Assembly (NCBI RefSeq): GCF_001194135.2
Contig: NC_069004.1
Coordinates: forward strand, 732,054-796,053
DNA length: 64,000 nt
Direction of reading: 5' to 3'
Source of the DNA: Octopus bimaculoides
Taxonomy: Eukaryota
The notes beneath the pieces were generated by a model. That model was given only the letters and a program-made list of their open reading frames with translations, had not been told where the DNA came from and did not search any database. The position numbers and the translations under genes were made by a program. Positions 46,831 through 59,863 of the stretch are shown here, one piece after another (position 1 is the stretch's first letter; each line of letters starts with the position of its first letter).

Positions 46831-48942
46831 AATAACAATCAATAATTTTTGTGTCATTCTCCTTTCGAACACTTTTATTTTATTAACCTCCGTTAAACGT
46901 TCAAAGTTCCCATTTAAATGAAATATTATTAACATTCTTTCTCATTTTGCTCTCATTTTCTCTTTGTTGTAATTAAGTTAAATTATTTTCATCTGAAAAG
47001 AATGGGGGAAAAAAATAATAAATAAACGGAAAAGAAAATATGGGAAATAAAAATCTAACAATAAAAATGGGAATTTAAACTTATTAAAATTAGTAAATAA
47101 ATCGTGACACAATTTGTACAATTAATATAGTTGATAATTATAAATTCATGGAGGTTATGGAAACTATGTGAAGATACATTATATAAATATTATTTTTTTT
47201 AAAGTCGCGAATTTCAGCTGGATACGATAGATGAGTCATGCAGATTGAAGGAATGCAGTAAATTTCTGTTTAGAATTAATTTTTATATATCTTCATTTAA
47301 TTTATTCATTACTACTTTTAACCAAACTTGAATAACTGCGATTGTTTAAAAAAGCGAACTAATAACAACAACGTCATGTTTTTATTTAAGTCGGCTACAA
47401 AGGTCGTGTCTGTGTGTAAAAGGGGACGGCAAACTTCAATACCCTTCTTCGCTACCTTCCTTCCTGAATCGATGTTGTTTAAAATTAGAGAAATGTCAAA
47501 GCAGAAATAATACATATTATTATTATTATTATTATTATCTTTTTTGTCTAATTTCATGGACAAGTACAAGTCGGATTCGATCGCAAGACTTTAAACTATC
47601 GGACAAAAGACAGACAAGATAAAAACAAAAACAAAAACAGACAACAGTCCATGCTATTTCTTCTTATCGTTCATTTGTCCTGCCCTTGAATTCTGAATTA
47701 CAAGTGAGGGAGGGCTATGATGATCTTGGACGAAGCCGACAGCTAAAATTTAATATATTAATTTACGAACCAACTGGGGAGCCTCTACGCGGTTGCTCGA
47801 TCTGTTAGAAATAGTAGTCAAATATCCCTCAAATCACATCCTATCGTCCTAAAAAGAATATAACAAAAGGAAAGAGAGATTGAATTCACAAAAGGACGGG
47901 ATGTCCACGCCATGGGTTTGTCTTTCATTATGGAACTTCGCTGTAATCAGAGCGGATTAGGGGCCTAAAAACACAACATGATTCTCGCTGTCTAAAACTC
48001 GATGTTCGGAATTCTTCGGAAATGAGTAAAACGCATAGCAGACGGCTGACTTATATAATGGCTTCTAATTTAGGAACAATGCCAGCAAATTTGGAGGTGG
48101 TGGGTGAGTCGATTACATCGACCCAGTACATAACTGGTACTTTATTTTATTGACCCCTTTGAGATGAAAGGCAAAGGTGATCTCGGTGTGATTTGAAACC
48201 AAAACGTAAAGGGGCAGAAAAAAAAATACTATCTAAGCGTCTTGTTCGACACTAGCGATTGTGTCAGTTCGCCGTCCGGATTGTAATTAAGGATTATAAT
48301 TTATAATTACCTACACTAATCCTTTTTTATGTTTTCAATAGGAGCCAACGAAGCAGCCTCTGGCAGACTGTGGTTCAACCTGCTAGAAGTAGTAGCCAGA
48401 TCTCCCTCAAGTTACACTCTGTCGTCTGGAATGCGGAATGGGAAATATCGGAGGAATATAGTCCTGTTGTTCGTAGTTATTTATAGGTGAACCAGGTGGT
48501 CACGGTTGGAATATCTTTGATCACTGGTCTACTAGGTTAGCGCTGACCTAAATCTAAACAATGGCAACATATTTGAACTTGTTCTGTAAAAGAAAAATCT
48601 TTATGATTCAAAAGAGCACGTTGTGTGTGTGTGTGTGTGTACCTTTTATCTTTTACCCGTTTCAGTCATTAGACTGCGGCCATGCTGGGGCACCACCTAT
48701 AAAGGTTTAGTCCGGCAAGTAGACTCAGTACTTATTTTTTAAGTGTAGTACTTTATCACTCTCTTTTGCTGAATCGCTAAGCTACGGGGACGTAAACAAA
48801 GCAACACCGGGGCGACAGACACAAAGAAATACGCCCGTGCGCACACACACACGTCCACGCAGTTTCCGTCTTCCAGATTCACTCACAAGCCATTGGTCAG
48901 TCCAGGCTGTAGTAGAAGGCACTTTCCCAAAGCGCTGTGCAA

Positions 48943-48982
<40 letters not shown>

Positions 48983-49249
48983 TATTGGCTCTCATGGCTT
49001 CTGATCTGAACTGATTGGAAGTGATAGGTACATGTTTTGTTTTGATGGTGGTGCTTTCTTTTATTGGCCACTAGGGCCCAAAACATGGAGGACAATATCA
49101 AAGGACGAGATGCAACACACAAAAAACAGGTGGTTTACATTGATCAAAGGATTATAACATAGGATATATGAATAGAAGCTAGAGAAATAATAAATGAATA
49201 AATACATATATAGATAAACACACAAACAAACAAATAAATAGAATCCCCC

Positions 49250-49870
49250 AATAGTGGGGCAGTCCACTTTCGCTGCCATCCCCAAGGCATGGGAAGTGTC
49301 AGCTTCCAGTTTCTTTCTTCCTATTTAGAAAAGCAAACTCAGAGTTGATCCGTTCAGTGTCACCAGTCTTGCCACTCTCGTCCACCTTTTAATAAACACA
49401 CCAGAAGGCAGCACTTCCCTCTCTACCCTCACCGTCCTCTTCAAATGATATTTGAAGAAATAGACGAGGGCTTGGTCTCAGACCTCTCAGACGGTCGTTC
49501 GCACAATCGCAGTGATTTCGATATTTCTGGAGGTGCGCCAGCCTCAACGCGTGGAGCCACACTAACAAGGATGGCACCCCAAGATCGCCACAGAGTGGAT
49601 GTTGACAGCCGATGGATTTTCCGACCAGCGGAACCTGATCCATAATAATCGTAAAAGCGAGCGCTCCAGTCTGGTCAGTGTTTTCTTGGGACAAGGTATG
49701 ACGGCGATGCATGCATTCGCTACTTCGGTCCGGCCTTTCGGAGATAGCTTTCTTTCTGTCCACTTCCGGGTAAACCTGGCCACCCTGATCATGACCTCTT
49801 CCAAGTTCATCGAGAGAACAAAGAAAGCAATAAGTTTATCTGTGTTGAACTAAATTTCACCGAAGATGTT
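49250..49870 (-). mobile_element. 3' fragment of L1/Tx1-clade ORF2 (post-RT region) plus 3' UTR, heavily deleted
   Basis: Translates as WTERKLSPKGRTEVAN..PCP..LTRLERSLLRLLW and QHPLCGDLGVP..HALRLAHL..RWTRVARL, typical L1/Tx1 C-terminal motifs. Confidence 0.8.
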
Positions 49871-50288
49871 GAGGAAAAGAAGAGGGCTTCTCGAAGTTCA
49901 ACGGAGTATGACAGTTGACTCCCGAAAACTTCTAAGGACAAATGCCGAGAACAAACGAAAGAAACTGTAGCAAGTCAGGAAGGCTATTTTTGTTATCGCA
50001 TTGTGTTATAGTTGCTAGAAATAGCAGCTAAATTTTCTTCAAATCACAAATTGTGTTTCTGTGCTTCACGCTTGTCTGCCCATTTTAAAACTTCGCGAGC
50101 CACTAATACACACCACAATGCAATAGAACGCTTCTCGCGTATTGTATTGAAAGCCATTCTATAAATTCCAGCCTCGGACACACCTTCAGACCAAAGAAAT
50201 CGAACCACTCATCCTCTGTTCTTCCTTGGTGCATATTGCGAGAGGAGCGGCCTTGCTTACTTTGTAATACGAAAATGAAAACTGGAGC

Positions 50289-50414
50289 GATGTAGGTCAA
50301 GCGTCAGTTACGTAACCACGTGAGTTCCACCCTTCAACATGCGAACGTCTGAAGGCAATGCGGACAACTTTGCAGAAAGTTTTGGCGGAAGTGCAAATAA
50401 TTTTTGACTTCCGC
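50289..50414. promoter_or_regulatory. Candidate enhancer: RORE-like, CRE half-site, D-box, E-box and an inverted ETS-like pair
   Basis: GATGTAGGTCA 50289-50299; GCGTCA 50301-50306; GTTACGTAAC 50307-50316; CACGTG 50317-50322; GCGGAAGT 50385-50392 and ACTTCCGC 50407-50414. Motif matches only, no functional evidence. Confidence 0.45.
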
Positions 50415-50519
50415 TTGTGTGTGTTTGTGTGTGTGCTTTCTATGACTGGCCATATAATTAACTTCCTATAAATATATTCATAGATTTTGCTTCTTTTTCG
50501 GATATATAATCTACGGATA

Positions 50520-50551
<32 letters not shown>

Positions 50552-50616
50552 GTGTGAGTGAGTGGACAAACGAAAGAAAGGGCTCTCAACACATTTATTG
50601 GGAGTTACATGTATTA

Positions 50617-50763
50617 TTCGAAACCGTTTGATTCGGATTCCGTGCTTCTTCAAGCTTCGAAGTCCCAAACAGAGACTGTCTCCTCATACAAGGTTGAGGA
50701 GATAGACTCTGTTACGGGCTTCGAAACTAGAAGTAGCACGGAATCCGAATCAAACGGTTTGAA
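50617..50763. repeat. ~147-bp imperfect inverted repeat (foldback or MITE-like hairpin)
   Basis: Arms of ~69 bp (TTCGAAACCGTTTGATTCGGATTCCGTGC...GTCTCCTCA and its near complement) around an 8-nt loop TACAAGGT. Confidence 0.85.
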
Positions 50764-53661
50764 TTACACACACACACACACACATACGGCATAATGTATG
50801 TATGTGTGTGATCATATCTTTCGTATAGTCGCTAACGAGAAATCTGAAAGAAAAAAAAGGGGATTTTAGTAATAAAATTCTATGCTTTGAGTTAGTCATT
50901 CTGAGTCCATCAATAATAGTATAAAATAAATACAAAAGTAAATGGAGAAATAAACAAACAAGCAAATAAATAAATTCCCATCAGTTTCTCGTTCTCCCTT
51001 TTAATATTAAATACTCTTTCAAGTAACTCGCCGCAATTACAAGGGAAATAGGCATTCGTATGCTTTAGCAGTGCAAGGGAGGTCACTATGTTATATCTCT
51101 CACAAAGTTATACAAAGTAACAACACGACTTATCTTCCCTTTGTTTTAGTTATCGCTTTGGCCAAGATCGATTTTTGTGCAAAGATTTTCCAGTCGTGAC
51201 AGTTCAGTGTTTTTGATAGGCTACACACTATTTTATCTGACGTGTTCGAAGGTATTAGTAGAATATATCGAATCCTGTACACACTTCTTCAACTTTGATG
51301 CATATTTTATCAGTCTGTTTTGCCGAACTGCAAATTGACGGGGACGTAAGCAAATCAACACACACACACACACGCATGATTGGATTCTACCAGATCCATA
51401 TCAAACAGTCCAACCCATGCCAGCATAGAAAACGGACGTTGAACGATGATGACGCAGGCTTCCGCACTGTTGATGGTTATGATTTGTAAACAGTTTTGAG
51501 TAGGAACCGGAAAAAGAAGTATGAACACGCAATGCGCATGTGCCCAGTGAGGAGAAGAATAAAAACGCAGTGTGAAACGATGGCCTGCATGCCATGTCTG
51601 ACTTCCCTATCACGCAGCTTTGCAGCTGTGAAATTTTCTCGTTTCAACTGTGTTGACTTGCGGAAAGTGTCTCATCCAGGACCAACCTAAATATTACTTG
51701 TGCGGTGAAATAAAAGTTCCTATTAAATGTTCGCATGCTGTTGTTGCATCATTCACATGCAGCCTTACCTACAAATCTCATGCGCCCATTCATACATACA
51801 TACACAGACACTTCTATTCACATATATATATTCGTTTCAAATCTTGAGCATAAGGCTAGTAATTTTTAGGGGGAACGGGGCAATCAATTACATCGACCTC
51901 AGTACTAGACTGGTGCATTATTTTATCGACCCCACCCCCACCACTAAAAGGGATGGAATGTAAAAATAATACATCGATTCGTATGTTATACAAATTATCA
52001 TGTAATTCATCAAAGATTCAAGGGAGATAATAATTATTTTGAATGATGCGAATTATTTCTCTTTTAAAAAAAACTATTTCAAGGGAAACAACTCTTCCTT
52101 AAACTTCTGAAAATGAAAGGAAGTTGATTGAAATGTACCTTACGCGTTGATGAATCTGGTTGTTATCGAATAGGTCTTCGCATGGAAGTGTTAGAATTTA
52201 GTTTCATACATCGTTATCCAGTCACTAAAACGAAAGAAAAAATAAAAGGATTTTCTTGCTATCAGATTTTGTATATAATGTTCGAAAATTGTTAAGTATA
52301 TTTGAATGTTCAAGGCAATGGGGAAACCCCCGCAAACCCGTTTTATTGTGCCTGCAGGCTGATATACTCATATGTGCAAAATATAGTAAATTTTTCAATT
52401 ATGAACTTTATACAATTTTCGTTTACCTATTTGCGACAGAGGTCACGTATCCACTGCGATTTAAAAGGTCAGAAATCGTCTGGTAATTGCCGGAAATTTT
52501 GTTTTCACTATGAAACACATATTGCTAGGTTTGTACCACCCCTTGAGACCCAACTACACTCTAGCTGAAAAATAAAGAATACCTCATAAGTAATTCAGTG
52601 GCGGCGTTAATGAAGATGTTACGCGTTAATTGAATGTGTTAAATTTATCTTTATTAATGTATATCGAATTATATATAGATATAGACAAGATTTAAGAGTT
52701 AGAACTTGTGATTCGTCCGCGGACCTTTATCTTAGGAAATTTTTACCTCTGCTGTTATTATGTAACATGCTTCACGATTTTAGTATACATAGCTTATTAG
52801 TATTTCCTCCCAAGTTCTATATACTCTGGGAACGCATTAAAGCCCTTTTCGGAGCTATTTTATTTGAATTCTTATTATCGGGTAACTAATTTCATGTTAT
52901 TACATAACTGGCTTCACAATTGGGTATTCATAACTTATTGGGAATTCCTAAAAACAAGATCCTGTGTAAGACAGTTCGGCATTCTCTGTAAATGCACAAA
53001 AACCGTTTTAAGGGCTACATACTTTGTATTGTTGTTATTGGATTAGCGAAACAATTATGAGAAGAGAACCAAGGGATAAGCTCCGCTTTCCCGGGAATTA
53101 CTGGGTNNNNNNNNNNNNNNNNNNNNNNNNNNNNNNNNNNNNNNNNNNNNNNNNNNNNNNNNNNNNNNNNNNNNNNNNNNNNNNNNNNNNNNNNNNNNNN
53201 NNNNNNNNNNNNNNNNNNNNNNNNNNNNNNNNNNNNNNNNNNNNNNNNNNNNNNNNNNNNNNNNNNNNNNNNNNNNNNNNNNNNNNNNNNNNNNNNNNNN
53301 NNNNNNNNNNNNNNNNNNNNNNNNNNNNNNNNNNNNNNNNNNNNNNNNNNNNNNNNNNNNNNNNNNNNNNNNNNNNNNNNNNNNNNNNNNNNNNNNNNNN
53401 NNNNNNNNNNNNNNNNNNNNNNNNNNNNNNNNNNNNNNNNNNNNNNNNATATATATATATATATATGCCGATTTCTAGGAAAAGTGTGGTACGAGCGAGC
53501 ATTGTTTATTACGGACGAAGTGTAATACTCTCTTCTATTCCAGCTTCTTTTAATCTCCATATTAGGTCCGCTAGTGAGGGAGAATGCCTCTTATCGATTC
53601 TATTGAAACAGGCAATATGGTTGCGATATCGATTTTTGAAAAAAATGTGTGTATCTTTGTA

Positions 53662-53696
<35 letters not shown>

Positions 53697-56444
53697 TAAT
53701 AATTCGCTTGGGTTGTGTGATACTAATAATCTGGCGTAGAACTCAATATATGAATGGTCCAGAACACTGTCATATGAGTATAGAGTGTAATAGAAAGAAA
53801 GAGAAGGCACTGAAAATATATATTTGTGGGGGGGGGGGNNNNNNNNNNNNNNNNNNNNNNNNNNNNNNNNNNNNNNNNNNNNNNNNNNNNNNNNNNNNNN
53901 NNNNNNNNNNNNNNNNNNNNNNNNNNNNNNNNNNNNNNNNNNNNNNNNNNNNNNNNNNNNNNNNNNNNNNNNNNNNNNNNNNNNNNNNNNNNNNNNNNNN
54001 NNNNNNNNNNNNNNNNNNNNNNNNNNNNNNNNNNNNNNNNNNNNNNNNNNNNNNNNNNNNNNNNNNNNNNNNNNNNNNNNNNNNNNNNNNNNNNNNNNNN
54101 NNNNNNNNNNNNNNNNNNNNNNNNNNNNNNNNNNNNNNNNNNNNNNNNNNNNNNNNNNNNNNNNNNNNNNNNNNNNNNNNNNNNNNNNNNNNNNNNNNNN
54201 NNNNNNNNNNNNNNNNNNNNNNNNNNNNNNNNNNNNNNNNNNNNNNNNNNNNNNNNNNNNNNNNNNNNNNNNNNNNNNNNNNNNNNNNNNNNNNNNNNNN
54301 NNNNNNNNNNNNNNNNNNNNNNNNNNNNNNNNNNNNNNNNNNNNNNNNNNNNNNNNNNNNNNNNNNNNNNNNNNNNNNNNNNNNNNNNNNNNNNNNNNNN
54401 NNNNNNNNNNNNNNNNNNNNNNNNNNNNNNNNNNNNNNNNNNNNNNNNNNNNNNNNNNNNNNNNNNNNNNNNNNNNNNNNNNNNNNNNNNNNNNNNNNNN
54501 NNNNNNNNNNNNNNNNNNNNNNNNNNNNNNNNNNNNNNNNNNNNNNNNNNNNNNNNNNNNNNNNNNNNNNNNNNNNNNNNNNNNNNNNNNNNNNNNNNNN
54601 NNNNNNNNNNNNNAAATAAATCAGCGACTCGATACAAAGACTCGCCAGTTCACAATTTTAGCCGTGGGTGATTTCATTCAATCTACTTCTTTTTCGTTTT
54701 CGTCTTTATCTTTTGTTATTTAATCCCCAGGGGCATTAGATATGTTAAATAGTTCACCTAAAGAAATAAAGATAAAATATTCTTGCATTTTACATTAATA
54801 AAAAAAAAATTTGAATAATTTTTATTATTTTTACCTTAGAGTAAAAAAAAAAAAAAAATAAAATTAGCATTAAATACATTTCTATTAAAATTCAGTCGCA
54901 TCAATGTAAGCCAAACAAAGCAGTAGCAGTAGTAGTAGTAGTAGTAGTAGTTGTTGTTGTTGTTGTTGTTGTTGTTGTGGTGTTTTCTTTATTATCCTCG
55001 AAGAGTTCGCAAAAGAACATTTTGTGAAGGTACAAAACGCGAGGTACAGAACTGGGATTACGTAAAAACGTGTGACAAACCGATTCCCCCGTTTTTGGTC
55101 GAACAAATCGACTCTAGAACTTATTTAGTTTTTTTTTTACTATTATTTTAAAGCCTGGTACTTATTCTATCGGTTCTTTTTTTCGAACCACTGATGCACG
55201 GAGACATAAACAAGCCAACGCCGTTGTTAAACGTTGTTGTAGGGGCACGTAAAAGCGTGTAAGAAGGGGGGGATAGCAGAAACGGTTGCGGGCATTCGTC
55301 AACTCTGGGACAGCTTCTACTCGGACCACTTTTGAATGAAGCTGGCCACTCTACACGTCACTTTGTTTCACTTCTTCACCCTAAGAGAAATATGCTTACA
55401 CGCACAGACAGACAGGTAGAAGGGGAGAGAGAACGAGAGAAACACTAAAACGTCTGATATCGAATAAGTCAGCATCGAATCACCGACGACAAATAAGGGA
55501 CGCCAAAACAGCTGCGCCAGAACGTCTCATACTCCTCTCCCAGTGTTCCTGCTTTTTAGGATTCTGGTTACATCCAGTTCCTCCCACTCAACAGCTCCGC
55601 TGGAAAAGGGTGTTATTTGCTGTAGATTTGTGCCGTCGCTGTTGCTGCTGCTGTTGTTTGTGACGTCAATGTCCGCCAGTCCAACGACTGTTGTGTTATT
55701 ATTGATAATGTTTGCAGTGAAAATGTTCAAGTTATTGTCCACCATAAAATAAAGTCAGTGTTGTTGTCACATTCGATGTTTCTCAATAAAAAAAAAGGAA
55801 AGAAATATTCGTTTTCTCTAACACTCTCTGTTTTCCAATTACTTCTCTCTCTCTCTCCCATTCTCTCTGGTGAGAAGGATATTTTGTTTACACTCTTCTT
55901 TGTACGCAAGGCTGCCACCACCATTGTGAGAGCATCCTCTCACTACTACTGCCAAAGACACCATGTTCAGATTTTGTTTTTAAACGATTATCCCAGCAAG
56001 AAATTTCAATAAGTCAACAGAAGGAAAATGATAATTTACTCCGCCCCGAGCGGCTCAGAAAACATGAAATTAAACATAAACACTTGCTTAAAACAGTTCA
56101 CAACAAAAGTAACAACAGACATAACACACCTACTTAAATCAGAAACAATCGTAAAATCCAGAAGCTGCAAAAACACCTCTTTCCGCTGGTTATCCCAATA
56201 ATAATAATAATAATAATAATAATAAACCTTTCTACTAAAGGCACAAGGCCTGAAATTGTGGGGGAAGAGATTACATAGACCCCAGTGCTTCACTAGTACT
56301 TGATTTATCGACCCTGAAAGGATGAAAGCAAAGTCGGCCCCGGTAGAATTTGAACTCAGAACGTATCGACGGGCGAAATACCGCAAAGCATTTCGTCCAG
56401 CGCGCTAATGATTTTGCCAGCTCATCGTCTTAATAATAATAATT

Positions 56445-57640
56445 TCCATCCTCGCGGAGAAAACATACAAATTTATGGAACAGAACGATATTTTCCCCAC
56501 TGAACAAAAAGAGTGCCGACGAGGCTCATATGGATGCAAAAACCAATTCTTAATCAATCGCATGATCCTTGAGAACTGTCATAACAAACGCAGAAAACTC
56601 AGTTCCACATGGATTGATTGTAAAATGGCCTTTGATATCATGCCGCATTCTTGGATGCTGAAATCGTTGGATATCTTCAGAATTTCTCCTGTGATTTCAA
56701 ACTTCCTGAAGCACAACATATCAGTGTGGAATACGAATTTCCAATTATAGCACTCTAATGGAGTGCTGACTACAAACACTATTAACATCAACTGCGGCAT
56801 TTTCTAAGCTGACTCACTTTCACCTCTAATTTTATGCATTGCCCTATTACCCCTTACAAGTGAACTTAACAGAACAGGGTGTGGGTATAAAATTGACGAC
56901 AAAAAAATAAGCCATCTATTATATATGGATGACTTAAAACTCTATGGCAAAGACAACAATGAGCTTGAAGGATTATTACTTACTGTGAAAGCATTCAATG
57001 ATGACATCGAGATGGAATTTGGCCTTGATAAATGTGCCAAGGCCACTTTCCAGAAAGGGAAACTGAAGACCTCACATTTAGTGGCGTTAAATGTTGATAT
57101 ATTTTTAAAAGAACTCGAGCAGGAACAAACTTACAAATACCTCGGAATAAATGAAGGCTCTGGCATTCAACATGCAAGTATGGCAGAGAAGATCAGGAAG
57201 AAATGTTGCAGGAGAGTTCGAGCAGTCCTAAAATCCGAGTTAAATGCACGTAACAAGGTGTTAGCCATAAATTCCTTAGCAGTTACGGTTGTCATTTACA
57301 GTTTCAATGTGTTGAACTGAAATATGAGCGAAATAAGGAAGATTGACAGGAAAATCCGTAAGCTGCTGGCTTGCAATAAGATGCACCACCCAAAAGGCAG
57401 ACGCAGATCGTCTTTGCCTTCCCAGAGCCCAGGGACTTGATCCAATTTGAAATCTCTTACAAAACCTACCACAAGTGGGCTGGCTAAATATCTTGAAATC
57501 TATAACGACTGGATGCTAAAGTTTGTTGAAGATCACGAGGGGCGTAAGAAGATTGATTCTGTCACGAAGGAAAGCAAAAAAGTTGCAATTGAGTTCATGC
57601 ATAATACCCAGGCTGAATAGCATGATGGAAGTGCAGGGTT
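56445..57640 (+). mobile_element. Decayed reverse-transcriptase region of an R4/Dong-like (RLE) non-LTR retrotransposon
   Basis: Motifs EQKECRRGSYGCKNQFLINRMILENC, WIDCKMAFDIMPHSW, GIF*ADSLSPL, YMDDLKLY, EFGLDKCAK and YKYLG, with stops and frameshifts. Confidence 0.88.
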
Positions 57641-58531
57641 AAAAAAGCCATCTGTGTAATTTATGGACCGGTGCTCTAAGTGCCGTGCAGTGGGATTGAA
57701 CCCGAGGCCGCTTGGTTGCAAAGCGAACTTGTTAATCACACAGCCATGCCTGCATGCACACACTCTCCCACGCACACACAAACACACACGTACATGCACA
57801 CACACATGGACACATACTCACACACACACACACACACACACACACATGCACCTAATGAGCAGGGAGTGGGCGTGGGAGAGTAAAAGCATAATACAATAGG
57901 AAAAACCCGCACCAAATATATAATAATAGGAAAAGGAAATGAGCGACTGAAATAGGAGAGAGAGCACTCCCTGTTTGACTCATTAGAAATCCATTTAGAA
58001 GTAGAAGTTTCATATAATAAGCAGACTGTTTCATTCCTTTGAGAGGTGGCAAAGGATAGTTTCTAACATTGAACCAGAAGCACACCAATTGTGACTAAGT
58101 CGCTTCTGAACATTTGCAAATATTGAGAAAAAAAGAAAAGAAAAGAAAAAGCTACAATGAATACGAACCAGAAAGCGTGTCTCCTTCTTGTCGTTCGACA
58201 TGCTAGAAATAGGAACCAAATATCACTTAAATGTAACATTACTGTTTTATGTAGGTATCAGTCAATGAGAGACTTCTATATGGTCGCTAAACTTGTAAGA
58301 GGGAGTAGCCGAATCTCCCTCATATCACACCCTGGTGTCTTATTGTTGTAAAGCGGTCTTTTGCCACTGTTGTATGTCTTTTGACGACGGGTGTCACTCT
58401 GACAGATATTGTTATATTCCGAAGTCGTTGATAGAATGGTTCTATCTGGCACTGTATGATCCCCAGTCATATAGTGTTATTCTCCTCATAAGGTTGGATC
58501 GTTATAACCTCCACTCAGCATCACAGTATAA

Positions 58532-58580
<49 letters not shown>

Positions 58581-59117
58581 AAACAGTTCTGTTCATTCAG
58601 CCACAAATTGTCCACTTACGCTACATAAGTTGGAGACGGTGGCGATGGAGAGAGGAGTCCATTATTTTTCGTATTCAGCTGTCGAGGGGTGTGAAAGATG
58701 AATTGGATTGATTAAAAGAATTGTCAGCTCTCAAGTTACAATTATCGCTGCAGGACTACCAGGAAGAGAAGCCATCGCGAAATTTCCTTCAGATTTCATC
58801 TTGCTGTCTTAAACCAGGAAATACACATCGGGTAGTGTAACATGAGTTATATATGTTTAGATACAAAGATAGGATGATGACGGGTGGTGTACTTTTGACC
58901 ACCAACAACAGCAGCAACAACAAATGGTAGGAGGAGGACACTTCGAACATACATAAAGGCTCATGGAGAAAGCTAATAAAGATATAAGACATAAGTAGAC
59001 AAGTTGGTAGAGAAGTAGGATGGGTTGGGTAGGTTGGAAGTTCAAAATTAGGTAGGATACGTATATAAGTTAGTTATTTAGATAGATAGATAGATCGATA
59101 GATACTAAATATTTTTG

Positions 59118-59754
59118 GGATCTATTTCAAAACGGGGGCACCAGTATTTTCTTAACGAAACACTAACGAAACACTTTGAAACTTGGGACACTGGTAGAAT
59201 GTGTCATATAAAACATCTTTTACTCTTAGTCTTCTTAACAAAAAAACGTACATCGCAAGTTATTCCATGTTAAAGTTGTCGTATTTCTGTAATTTCAACC
59301 AATCACTGACGTCTATTCAGCTGAATAGAGTTACTGCTGGGCGGTCATAAAAATGTTATTCCCTGTGACATATTTCATCCGGTTTAATCGTAATTTATAC
59401 GCATATATTGTTTATATAATAAATTACGCTGTGCGTATCTATGTGTGTAACAATTTTAAAGCTCGGATTCTAGAGTTAGGGTTAGTTTTAGGGTTAGGGT
59501 TAGGGTTAGGGTTAGGGGATTAATACGATATACACCGTTACAGCGCTAACTGTTTTCAACTGAATAGACGTCAGTGATTAGTAGAAATTATCAAAATAAG
59601 ACAATTTTTTACATGAAATAAATTCGAATACAAAAATTTTTTTCTGTTCTATAACACAAAATAGATAAGTATACGAAGTTTGAAAGTCTTTCGGTACCAA
59701 AAACACTACATAAAACATAAATGAAAACTGGTGCTACCGTTTTGAAATAGATCC
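59118..59754. mobile_element. MITE of the same family as 880-1874, complete, with an internal TTAGGG array
   Basis: TIRs GGATCTATTTCAAAACGG... / ...CCGTTTTGAAATAGATCC. Degenerate 8-bp TSD TATTTTTG / TATTCTTG. Subterminal sequences nearly identical to the 880-1874 copy. Confidence 0.85.
59476..59517 (+). repeat. Interstitial telomere-type repeat, (TTAGGG)5 plus TTAGGG-TTAGTT
   Basis: Five perfect units at 59488-59517. Confidence 0.9.
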
Positions 59755-59863
59755 TATTCTTGACTTTGACAAAACATTTACATACAATAAGGAAGAAAGC
59801 TGCTTATTAATTATTAGGAAATATGTAATTTTTACTAAAAGAGAGCCACTGTTATAATTTACA

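Noticed and set aside
45918-46845. 304-aa and 307-aa Phe/Leu/Ser-rich ORFs that look like membrane proteins
   Set aside because: Artefact of a C/T-rich tract that rarely produces stop codons; two frames are open simultaneously and there is no domain signal.
56430-56445. (TAA)n target-site specificity of the R4/Dong-like element
   Set aside because: The short TAA run is equally explained by the abutting SINE or background microsatellites, and the element is truncated with no TSD.
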